Below the pieces are notes generated by a model, which was not told the DNA's origin, made no database searches, and saw only the letters and a program-made list of their open reading frames with translations. This document shows positions 18,398 to 26,822 of a stretch of DNA of 64,000 nt, piece by piece. The number at the start of each line of letters is the position of its first letter. Positions within the stretch are counted from its first letter, which is position 1. Source of the DNA: Actinomycetota bacterium (GTDB taxonomy: Bacteria; Actinomycetota; UBA4738; HRBIN12); NCBI GenBank assembly GCA_034667405.1, contig JAXDJX010000016.1, positions 8,159-72,158 of the forward strand. The letters are read 5' to 3'. Made by a program: the position numbers and the translations under genes.

Positions 18398-19347
18398 TGC
18401 TGGCGGAGAAACGACGCGTCGGAACCTCGGGCGGAGAGGTCGCCGTTCTCGACGTCGGTCAGGGACCCGCCGTTGTCCTCCTGCACGGCTTCCCGCTGTC
18501 GTCCTTCCAATGGCGCGCGTTCATCCCGCACCTGGCGCCGAAGTTCCGCGTGATCGCGCCCGATCTCCTCGGCAACGGCGACTCGGACAAGCCAGAGGAT
18601 CTGGACCGGCTCCGGATCCGGGGGCAGGCGGCGACCATGCGCGAACTCTTGGACCACCTGAACGTCGATCGGTACGCGGTGGTGGGCGCAGGCGCCGGCG
18701 GCGGCATCGCCCAGCGGCTGGCGGTCGACGATCCCCGCGTCGAGGCCCTGGTGCTCATGAATTGCGTGGCGTTCGACTTGTGGCCCACCGAGAGCGCGCG
18801 AGCTGCGGCCGCGCGGCCGAAGTCCCAGCACTCGGAGACCCTGTCGCTGGCCATGCAGCGCACGGCGTTCGACCTGGGGATGTGTCACCGCGAGCGGCTC
18901 AGCGAGGCCGCGCTCGCCGAGTACCTCCGCCCCTTTTCCGGGCCGGAGGGATCAGCTGCGTTCTTCCGGTGGCTGGCGGCCAGCGACGGCACGGGCCTGG
19001 AAGACATGAACGAAGCCCTGCCCACCCTGTCATGCCCCACGCTTATCTTGTGGGGCGAGGAGCAAACCTTCTATGCCCCAGAAACTCCCGACCGGCTGAA
19101 CGAGGCCATCATGTCCTCCACGCTGGGCCTTCTGCCCGGCTGTGGCCATTTCGTGACCGAGGATGCGGCGGACACGATCACCCCCATGATCTTCGAGTAC
19201 CTCCGGGCGAAGTACCTTGGTCAGACGCACGGACACGATGACCCGAGCGGCGCGGTCCTCGTCCAGTTGGAACGCCGTCCCGAATGGGTAGACACCGCGG
19301 AGTTCGAACTCGACGAGGAAGAGACGCTGGGTGAGGAGAGCGAATGA
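18397..19347 (+). CDS. Alpha/beta-fold hydrolase homologue; Gly at the nucleophile position
   Basis: HGFP oxyanion motif, APDLLGNG, elbow GAGAGG, GCGHF; coupled to folP (TGATG) and folB (ATGA). Confidence 0.85.
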   Translation: MLAEKRRVGTSGGEVAVLDVGQGPAVVLLHGFPLSSFQWRAFIPHLAPKFRVIAPDLLGNGDSDKPEDLDRLRIRGQAATMRELLDHLNVDRYAVVGAGAGGGIAQRLAVDDPRVEALVLMNCVAFDLWPTESARAAAARPKSQHSETLSLAMQRTAFDLGMCHRERLSEAALAEYLRPFSGPEGSAAFFRWLAASDGTGLEDMNEALPTLSCPTLILWGEEQTFYAPETPDRLNEAIMSSTLGLLPGCGHFVTEDAADTITPMIFEYLRAKYLGQTHGHDDPSGAVLVQLERRPEWVDTAEFELDEEETLGEESE

Positions 19348-19688
19348 TCGCCAGGTTGTTCTTGTCCGGGATCCGCGCCGACGGGCGTCACGGTGCGCGC
19401 CCCGGTGAGAAGGATGCCGCCCAGCCGTTCGTGGTCGACCTGGATATCGAGGTCCACGTGGCGGGCGACGATATCGGATCGACGGCCGACTACCGCGGTG
19501 TGACCGAAGCGGTTCGCGCCATCGTGTCCGATCGGTCCTTCGACCTGATCGAGGTCATGGCGACCGAGATCGCAGGAGCCGTTCGAGCGATGCCCAACGT
19601 GGTCAGGGCGACCGCCGTGGTCCATAAGCCGAACGCCGCCGCCCGGCTGGATATCGACGGCGTGGCGGCTGCCGCCACCGCCGAGTGA
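19344..19688 (+). CDS. folB: Dihydroneopterin aldolase
   Basis: GRHG...EK...QPFVVD, TADY, FDLIE, HKP. Confidence 0.92.
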   Translation: MIARLFLSGIRADGRHGARPGEKDAAQPFVVDLDIEVHVAGDDIGSTADYRGVTEAVRAIVSDRSFDLIEVMATEIAGAVRAMPNVVRATAVVHKPNAAARLDIDGVAAAATAE

Positions 19689-19695
19689 CACCTCG

Positions 19696-20193
19696 GTGAG
19701 CACGCAGGCGTTCCTGGGACTCGGCTCGAATCTCGGGGATCGGTTGACCAACCTCCAGTCCGCGACGGATCTGCTCCGTAAAGAGTCCGATCTCGAGATA
19801 GCGGCTTCCTCTCGCGTGTGGGAGACCGATCCGGTCGGGCCGCCTCAACCCGACTATCTCAACGCCGTGCTCGAGATCGACACGGATCTCTCGCCCCGCG
19901 GACTCCTGGGATCGTGTCAGCACGTCGAGGCGGCCCTTCATCGTGAGCGCGCGGTTCGATGGGGTCCTCGCACCATCGACATCGACATCCTGCTGTTCGG
20001 CGACGCGTCCATCGACGAACCCGACCTCACCGTCCCGCACCCCGGCCTCCAAGAGCGCTCGTTCGTGGTCCTGCCGCTGATGGAACTTGCCCCGGATCTC
20101 GTGCTGCCGGGCGGCGCCGAACTTCGCTCCTCGGTGGCGACGGGCGGCGCCCGACCGTTCGCTCCGCCGCTTCGGATCACGGAGAGGCCATGA
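19696..20193 (+). CDS. folK: 2-amino-4-hydroxy-6-hydroxymethyldihydropteridine pyrophosphokinase
   Basis: LGSNLG, YLNAV, WGPRTIDIDIL, VPHP. Confidence 0.97.
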   Translation: MSTQAFLGLGSNLGDRLTNLQSATDLLRKESDLEIAASSRVWETDPVGPPQPDYLNAVLEIDTDLSPRGLLGSCQHVEAALHRERAVRWGPRTIDIDILLFGDASIDEPDLTVPHPGLQERSFVVLPLMELAPDLVLPGGAELRSSVATGGARPFAPPLRITERP

Positions 20194-21518
20194 CCCGTCA
20201 GGCGGTGTGCCTCCGATGCGACTGGGAGGGGCAGACCCGCTCGGACACCTGCCCGAACTGCGGGGTTCGGCTGTTCCGGCGCGTGGAGAGAGCTGGCCTT
20301 TCGACCCCTTGGCTCGCCCGAATTCGTCAACGCATCGCTCGCCGATCCGCGCCTCCCGCCGCCGGCGACCTCGCGCGAGGCCCGTTAGTACCGGCACACG
20401 GCACGCCGGCCGCCGCGGGTCCGATGGAGGAGGTCAGATCCGGCCGGCGGCGCGGTAGTGCGGCCGTCGTCGCAGCCGTAGTGATCGTCACGGGGCTCGC
20501 CGTGTGGTTCGTCCAGCAACACACACCCGCTCCCCCGCATGAGCGGACAGGAGAGGTGGGCTCGATCATCTACACCGCGAGGGCCGCGGACGGTCAGACA
20601 CGGCTCTATCGGTGGGACCTGTTCGCGGACACGGTCAGCCGTGGTCCTTTGGTGCACGACCCGCTCGCCCTCTTCGACGCCGAGGCGGCCCATCCGGGCT
20701 GGGTGGGCATCACCTCTCGTTCACCGGCCGGGGGCGTCGATATCGGGGTGTTCAAGTTCCTCGGCCCCGATGACCAGCCGCTTCCGCTCGGCCGCGGCGA
20801 CGTGTCAGCGTGGGCCCCCCACGGCGGCGACGCAGTGGTGGGATCACTGCAGCCCTCCATCGAAGGCTGCAGTGTTCTCTCCGTGTTCGCGATCCACCTC
20901 TCTCCGTCCAGTGAACGTCAGGCCGCAGACGAACGCATATGCGCGCAGTTGGACGCTGTGCAGCTCAGCCAAGGGGTGATCTACCTTTCACTCCGTGGCT
21001 CGAGTGGATCGCGGATCGCGTTCCTCAGTGTCAGTCGGTTGCGGCCGCTCTTGAACCACTACCGCCTCGACAGTCTTTCGCCCGCCAGCGACATGGTGGT
21101 GACGCCGGACTCTGTCGGCTCACAGTCGTCACCCGGCGCCGCATTGTTCTTCCGGGGCCCTTCCTCCCAGCGGCCGATCCCGTATGTGTTCGGTGGTTCG
21201 CCGTTCGTCCTTGACCGAGTGCTCGCGTGGGATCCGGACGCGACCGAGGCCCTGGCGCTGGGGTCCGTCGGAGGTCGCTCGGGGTTCTATCGTCTCCAGG
21301 CGGCACCTCCTCTCAGCGACACCCTGCCGCAGACGCAGCCCGCCACCTACATCGCCCCCGCTCAGGGACACGCAGAGGCTCTTTACACGGGAGTGGGGAC
21401 GCGCCTCGTCTTCTCCGGCGGCCGCTTCTCGCGGGTTTTCGACGACTCCACCTCACCGTTCCCCATGCCCCCCGGAGCTCCGGTCCCCACGGGACCGATG
21501 GCCTGGGTCGGCCCGTGA
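20190..21518 (+). CDS. Hypothetical protein: N-terminal zinc ribbon, TM helix, large beta-rich (TolB/propeller-like) domain
   Basis: CLRC...CPNC, hydrophobic AVVAAVVIVTGLAVWFV, repeated AW-P/SP motifs; ATGA-coupled to folK. Confidence 0.7.
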   Translation: MTRQAVCLRCDWEGQTRSDTCPNCGVRLFRRVERAGLSTPWLARIRQRIARRSAPPAAGDLARGPLVPAHGTPAAAGPMEEVRSGRRRGSAAVVAAVVIVTGLAVWFVQQHTPAPPHERTGEVGSIIYTARAADGQTRLYRWDLFADTVSRGPLVHDPLALFDAEAAHPGWVGITSRSPAGGVDIGVFKFLGPDDQPLPLGRGDVSAWAPHGGDAVVGSLQPSIEGCSVLSVFAIHLSPSSERQAADERICAQLDAVQLSQGVIYLSLRGSSGSRIAFLSVSRLRPLLNHYRLDSLSPASDMVVTPDSVGSQSSPGAALFFRGPSSQRPIPYVFGGSPFVLDRVLAWDPDATEALALGSVGGRSGFYRLQAAPPLSDTLPQTQPATYIAPAQGHAEALYTGVGTRLVFSGGRFSRVFDDSTSPFPMPPGAPVPTGPMAWVGP

Positions 21519-21537
21519 GTTGGGATACTCGCGGCAG

Positions 21538-22401
21538 ATGGATGTCGCGGTGGTGGGGGCCGGCAAGGTAGGGACGGCCGTCGCCCTCGCCCTGCGCTCT
21601 GCCGGGCACCGTGTGGTGGCCGTCAGTGGCCGTACGTCCACCGCGGCCAGGGCCGCCCGATATCTCCCCGGTGTGCCGGTGCTCGGTTCCGGGCAGGCGG
21701 CCCGGCGCGCATCGGTCGTCATCGTGGCTGTTCCGGACGACGTCCTCGCTTCCGTCATCTCCGCGATCGCGACGGAGGGCGGGTTCCGCGAAGGGGGCTG
21801 GGCGGTGCATGTCAGCGGGGCCGCAACCTTGGAAGTCCTCGATCCGGCCCTCGATGCCGGCGCGCACCGCCTCGCCGTTCATCCGCTCCAGACGTTCCCG
21901 ACGGCCGAGGATGCTCTCGAACGACTCCATGGGGCTGGCATCGCGGTGACGGCCGACGACGACGAAGGTGACGCGTTCGGTATGTCATTGGCCCGCGACA
22001 TGGGCGGCGTGCCTTTCCGGGTCCGCGATCAGGATCGCCCGCTCTATCACGCGGCGGCGGTCTTCGCGTCCAATTACCTTGTCGCAGTGTCCGCCGTGGC
22101 AGCCGAACTCTTTTCCGCAGCCGGTCTCGAGGACCCCGCCGCGGCCATGGCACCGCTCCAGCGAGCGACACTCCAGAACATCGAGCAGCTCGGTGCCGGC
22201 GCGGCCCTGACGGGTCCGGCTGTTCGCGGAGACGTCACGACCATCGAACGCAACCTCGCCGCGCTGGCGGCGTCGCGAGCCGACGCCGTGGTGCCGTACG
22301 TAGCCCTGTGTCGAGTTGCCACGCAACTTGGGTTGGATGCAGGACGACTGACGCCGGACGACGCCCGCGTCGTCGTGGAGGTGCTCGACACATGGATGTG
22401 A
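21538..22401 (+). CDS. Rossmann-like + DUF2520 protein (PanG-type ketopantoate reductase candidate)
   Basis: VVGAGKVG, AVPDD, HVSG, HPLQTF, YHAAAVFASN, LTGPAVRGD; directly upstream of panC. Confidence 0.88.
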   Translation: MDVAVVGAGKVGTAVALALRSAGHRVVAVSGRTSTAARAARYLPGVPVLGSGQAARRASVVIVAVPDDVLASVISAIATEGGFREGGWAVHVSGAATLEVLDPALDAGAHRLAVHPLQTFPTAEDALERLHGAGIAVTADDDEGDAFGMSLARDMGGVPFRVRDQDRPLYHAAAVFASNYLVAVSAVAAELFSAAGLEDPAAAMAPLQRATLQNIEQLGAGAALTGPAVRGDVTTIERNLAALAASRADAVVPYVALCRVATQLGLDAGRLTPDDARVVVEVLDTWM

Positions 22402-23246
22402 TCCGCGAAGCGGCCGCGTTCACCGTCGCCACCGATGCGGCGCGCAAGAGTGGCAGGGCCGTGGGACTCGTTCCCACGATGGGTGCTCTGCACCAAGGGC
22501 ACGACGCGCTGATCACCCGCGCGCGCGACCGGGGTGGGTTCGTCGCGGTGAGCATCTTCGTGAACCCCAAGCAGTTCGCGAATGGGGAGGATGCGGATCG
22601 ATACCCGCGGGATGAGGCCGCAGATCTGTCGCGATGCGAGCGGTTCGGTGTGGATGTCGTTTTCGCGCCGTCGGTCTTGGAGGTCTACCCCCCCGACATC
22701 GACCTCCCGGCGCCTGACCCCGGTCCGGTGGGTGCCACGTTCGAAGGGGCCTCGAGGCCGGGCCATTTCCAGGGCGTGCTCACGGTGGTGCACCGGTTGC
22801 TCTCGTTGGTCGGCCCAACGGCCGCCTACTTCGGGGAGAAGGACGCGCAGCAGCTCTTCCTGGTCCGCACCATGGTTGCGAACCTGAGACTGGCGGCCGA
22901 GATCGTTGCGTGTCCGACGGTGCGTGAGCCCGACGGTCTGGCGTGGGCCTCACGCAACCGCTTCCTCACCCCCGACGAACGCGAGCATGCGCCGAGTCTG
23001 TTCCTGGGCCTCTCCGAGGCGGCAGTGGCCGCACGTGCGGGGGAACGGGATGCAGCAGCGGTTGTCGCCGCGATCGCCCGGGAGGTGGGTGCCGCCGGTC
23101 TCGCCAGGTTGGACTACGCCGCGGTGGTGGACGACGCCACGTTCCGGCCCATCGCCACGTTGGATCGACCCTCCAGGGCGATCGTCGCCGCCCGCTTCTC
23201 GGGAACCAGACTCATCGACAATCTCCTCCTGCCCGGTCCGGCATGA
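22392..23246 (+). CDS. panC: Pantoate--beta-alanine ligase
   Basis: VPTMGALHQGH, SIFVNP.QF, RPGHF, FGEKDAQQ, RLIDN. Confidence 0.96.
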   Translation: MDVIREAAAFTVATDAARKSGRAVGLVPTMGALHQGHDALITRARDRGGFVAVSIFVNPKQFANGEDADRYPRDEAADLSRCERFGVDVVFAPSVLEVYPPDIDLPAPDPGPVGATFEGASRPGHFQGVLTVVHRLLSLVGPTAAYFGEKDAQQLFLVRTMVANLRLAAEIVACPTVREPDGLAWASRNRFLTPDEREHAPSLFLGLSEAAVAARAGERDAAAVVAAIAREVGAAGLARLDYAAVVDDATFRPIATLDRPSRAIVAARFSGTRLIDNLLLPGPA

Positions 23247-23695
23247 CCGCCGTGCCGCCGACACTGGACCGGGTCGACATCATGACGGCCGCCATGTCCG
23301 CGCTGCTGGAAGACGGGGCCGCGGCGCTCGGCGATCGCGACGCCGTAGGCATCGCGCACATCCGCTGCACCACACCGGGGATGGTGGTAGGGCTGCCGGT
23401 GTTGAAAGAGGTGTTCGGGCGGATGGGCGCACGCGTGCGTCCGAACGTGACCGACGGTGAGGTCGTGGGACTCGGCGCCATCATCGCCGACATCGGAGGG
23501 CCCGTCGCTGCCATCCGGGGAGCGAGCCCGACGGCCATCCGGTTCCTCACCAAGTTGTCGGCGGTGGCATCAGGCTTCGCCGAGCGGGACTCCGGCGACC
23601 CATTGGAAGTCTGGGCCGGCGAGGTCGGCCGGTTGTCGCCCGTTGCACCGGTGGGCGATGCTGGACCCTCGTTCGAGCTGGAGGTTGATCCGTAA
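23243..23695 (+). CDS. NadC (QRPTase) N-terminal-domain-like protein, truncated or degenerate
   Basis: ALLED...GMVVGL...VF...DGEVV...IADIGGP...TAIRFLTKLSAVAS resembles QRPTase_N; lies in the nadC slot before coaX; no catalytic barrel follows. Confidence 0.6.
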   Translation: MTAVPPTLDRVDIMTAAMSALLEDGAAALGDRDAVGIAHIRCTTPGMVVGLPVLKEVFGRMGARVRPNVTDGEVVGLGAIIADIGGPVAAIRGASPTAIRFLTKLSAVASGFAERDSGDPLEVWAGEVGRLSPVAPVGDAGPSFELEVDP

Positions 23696-24469
23696 GTGCT
23701 GCTCGCAGCCGATGTCGGCAACACGGAGATCGTTCTCGGTGTCTTCGATGGACCAACCCTTGTGCACACCTGGCGTTTGTCCACGCGGCCCGAACGCACC
23801 GCGGACGAGCTCGCGCTGCATCTCGAGTTCTTCTTGGAGCACCGGGGCCTGGAGTTCTCGTCTCTGGCCGGATTCGTGGTTGCGAGCGTCGTCCCCGACG
23901 TGACCCATGCCGTTCGCGACCTTGCGGAGCAGTACCTGGCGTTCGCTCCCGTCATCGTCGGACCGGGCACGAAGACCGGAGTTCCCGTGCTCACCGATAA
24001 CCCTCGCGAGGTCGGAGCCGACCGAGTCGTCAACGCGCTGGCCGCCTTCACGCACTTCGGAGGACCGGCGATCGTCGTCGACTTCGGTACCAGCACGAAC
24101 TTCGACGTGGTGTCGGAGAAGGGCGAATTCTTGGGTGGGGTCATCGCTCCCGGACTCCAGGTGAGCGCATCGTCGCTGGTGTCGCACACGGCCCGTCTGA
24201 CCCGGGTCGATCTTTCGCCGCCTCGATCGCCAATCGGCAGGTCCACGGTCGAAGCCATCCAGTCTGGGTTGCTCTACGGAACTGCCGGAGAGGTCGATGC
24301 CATCGTGACCCGGATCCGCACCGAGCTCGTTGCCCCCGCCGCCCCCGTGGTCGCCACGGGCGGTCTCGCGCCCACGGTGATCCCGCATTGCACCACCGTC
24401 GATCACCACGAGCCGTGGCTCACCCTGGAAGGGCTGCGGATGGTGTACGAACGTAATGCCGATGACTGA
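23696..24469 (+). CDS. coaX: Type III pantothenate kinase
   Basis: DVGNT, SVVP, GADR, VDFGT, GGVIAPG, TGG. Confidence 0.95.
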   Translation: MLLAADVGNTEIVLGVFDGPTLVHTWRLSTRPERTADELALHLEFFLEHRGLEFSSLAGFVVASVVPDVTHAVRDLAEQYLAFAPVIVGPGTKTGVPVLTDNPREVGADRVVNALAAFTHFGGPAIVVDFGTSTNFDVVSEKGEFLGGVIAPGLQVSASSLVSHTARLTRVDLSPPRSPIGRSTVEAIQSGLLYGTAGEVDAIVTRIRTELVAPAAPVVATGGLAPTVIPHCTTVDHHEPWLTLEGLRMVYERNADD

Positions 24470-26009
24470 TCCCACGGATGGTCCCGAGGAGTTCGCTGCC
24501 CACGAGGGGCTCTCGCGCGAGGACGAGGTGTTGCGCGCCAGGCGGGAGAGCTTGCAACGCCTTCGCGAGAGCGGCGTCGAACCGTTCGCGATCGAGTTCG
24601 CGCAGGACACGCACGCGGCAGACATCCACGCCGAGTTCCCCGACGGGGTATTGGCGAACGAAGAAGACTCCGGCCGGCAAGCGTCGGTCGCCGGACGAGT
24701 CGTCCTCGCCCGCCGGCACGGCAAGCTGACCTTCCTGGTTATCCGCGACGCCACCGGCGATCTTCAGCTGTTCTGTGAGGCGGCGGCACTAGGCGATGGC
24801 TACGCGCTCTTGGACGACGTCGACCTCGGCGACATCATCGGTGCGACGGGTCACGTGGTTCGCACCCGCCGCGGCGAGATCAGCCTGAAGGCCGACTCGC
24901 TCGCCTTGCTCACGAAGGCGCTCCGTCCGCTGCCGGAGAAATGGCATGGGCTGAAAGATCCAGACCTCCAGCAGCGCCGCCGCTACCTCCACCTCATCGC
25001 GGACGAGACGCCGCGACGCTACGCGTTGGCCAGGGCGGTCGTTCTCAAGACCATCCGCGCCTATCTGGACGACCACGCCTACATCGAGTTCGAGGGGCCC
25101 ATACTCCAACCCGTTGCCGGCGGGGCGAACGCGCGCCCGTTCACCACGTTCCACAACGTGCTGAACCGGGAGATGAAGCTTCGGATCTCGCTCGAGCTCT
25201 ACCTCAAGCGGATGTTGGTTGGCGGGATCGAACGGGTGTACGAGATCGGCCGCAACTTCCGCAACGAGGGCATCGACCGCGATCACAACCCCGAGTTCAC
25301 GATGCTCGAGGCCTACCAGGCCTACGGCGACTACTCGACGATGATGGAGCTTACGGAGGACCTCATCGTATCGAGCGTCCGCGCGGTCGCGCCGATCATG
25401 GGGCGTGACCCCATGTCCCTGGTCGTTCCATTCCGCGGCCGGGAGGTCGATCTCACACCACCTTTCAGACGCATCACCATCCTGGGGAGCGTCTCGGAGG
25501 CCACGGGGGAATCGGTCACTCTGGAGCGGACCGACCTGCGCCAGATCGCCGACCGGTTCGACGTGGGCCATGAGCCGTCGTGGGGACCAGGGAAGATCAT
25601 CCAGGAACTCTTCGAGAAGCTCGTTGAGGGAACCATCGTCGAGCCGACGTTCGTGTGCGATTTCCCGCGCGAGGTTTCACCACTGGCTCGCCCCCATCGC
25701 TCGGAGCCGGGCCTCACCGAGCACTTCGACCTGGTGATCGGCGGCCTCGAACTCGTCACCGCCTTCAGCGAACTCACCGACCCCGACGAACAACGCGCGA
25801 GGTTCGAGGATCAGCTTCGCGCGAAGGAAGCCGGCGACGAGGAGGCACATCCTCTGGACGAAGACTTCCTTCGCGCGCTGGAGCACGGGATGCCGCCGAC
25901 GGGCGGCATGGGCATGGGGATCGACCGGCTGCTCATGCTGCTGACGGACGCGCCGAGCCTGCGCGACCTGATCATGTTCCCGAGTCAACGGCCCGAGTCC
26001 GCCGACTAA
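24456..26009 (+). CDS. lysS: Lysine--tRNA ligase (class II)
   Basis: OB-fold, PLPEKWHGL, GGANARPF, FRNEG...HNPEFT, GMPPTGG.GIDRL. Confidence 0.97.
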   Translation: MPMTDPTDGPEEFAAHEGLSREDEVLRARRESLQRLRESGVEPFAIEFAQDTHAADIHAEFPDGVLANEEDSGRQASVAGRVVLARRHGKLTFLVIRDATGDLQLFCEAAALGDGYALLDDVDLGDIIGATGHVVRTRRGEISLKADSLALLTKALRPLPEKWHGLKDPDLQQRRRYLHLIADETPRRYALARAVVLKTIRAYLDDHAYIEFEGPILQPVAGGANARPFTTFHNVLNREMKLRISLELYLKRMLVGGIERVYEIGRNFRNEGIDRDHNPEFTMLEAYQAYGDYSTMMELTEDLIVSSVRAVAPIMGRDPMSLVVPFRGREVDLTPPFRRITILGSVSEATGESVTLERTDLRQIADRFDVGHEPSWGPGKIIQELFEKLVEGTIVEPTFVCDFPREVSPLARPHRSEPGLTEHFDLVIGGLELVTAFSELTDPDEQRARFEDQLRAKEAGDEEAHPLDEDFLRALEHGMPPTGGMGMGIDRLLMLLTDAPSLRDLIMFPSQRPESAD

Positions 26010-26035
26010 GGCACCCGCCGGCTCACGCCGCCGGC

Positions 26036-26425
26036 TCACTCCTGTGCAGGGTCATCCTCATTCTCGGCGGCCTCGTGGAGGACGATGACCAGGTCCTGCA
26101 AGCCCGTCCCTTTCGCCAAGAAGCCCGAGGCTCCTGCTTCGCGTGCTTCGCGCTCCACACCGGGATCGGCGTGGGCAGTCAAGATGACCACCGGCAGGTC
26201 GGGTTTGGATTCGTGCATCTTCTTCATGGCGCCGATCCCGTCGAGATCCGGCATGGACAGATCCATCAGCACGACATCGGGCTGAAGTTCAGCTGCGCCT
26301 TCGCAGGCAGCGACACCGCCGCCGGCTTCACCGGCAACTTCGATGTCATCCACCAAGCGGAGCGCTGATGTCAGCGCCTTGCGGAACGCAGGGTGGTCAT
26401 CGACCACGAGCACTCGCACGACCAT
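26036..26425 (-). CDS. Stand-alone receiver-domain response regulator
   Basis: VVDDH, LMDLSMP, ILTAH, FLAKG; no output domain; AAGGAG RBS. Confidence 0.88.
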   Translation of the reverse strand: MVVRVLVVDDHPAFRKALTSALRLVDDIEVAGEAGGGVAACEGAAELQPDVVLMDLSMPDLDGIGAMKKMHESKPDLPVVILTAHADPGVEREAREAGASGFLAKGTGLQDLVIVLHEAAENEDDPAQE

Positions 26426-26650
26426 GTTCTCCTTCAAGGGCGGTTCGGGAGGTCACGCCCACGGGGGGAGAGCGTGCTCGCTCCTCGGGGGGTAGGAAGC
26501 GAAGGCAATCGTGGCATGCGCCCCCCCTGCCTGCCATCTACCGTCCGGGGGAGATTCGGTGACCCATTCGGGGGATATCTGACATGTACCGTCTGGTCCC
26601 TCATCTTCGGGCGTCAAGCGACCGAAGACGTAGGGGAGGTGGAGCCCATG

Positions 26651-26678
26651 GGGAACAACACGTTCAGCTTCGAAGGTT
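26651..26678 (+). promoter_or_regulatory. Candidate SigH/SigR-type stress promoter (GGGAAC-N19-GTT) upstream of clpC
   Basis: gggaacaacacgttcagcttcgaaggtt resembles the GGAAY-N18/19-GTT consensus; a TATACT -10-like hexamer also lies at 26694. Confidence 0.4.
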
Positions 26679-26822
26679 ACGAGAGGGCACGGGTATACTT
26701 CGAACAAGCAGGCGCTGTGGCCGGGTTCCGACCTCAGCGCCCCTTGTACCTCGGGGGTAGGACGGAGTCCGTTGATCCCGGAGGAACTGGAACATGCGGG
26801 TTACGGCCCGGAGGACGCTGAC

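Noticed and set aside
26393-26821. Plus-strand ORF between the REC gene and clpC
   Set aside because: No recognisable motifs and it overlaps likely clpC promoter elements; treated as non-coding.
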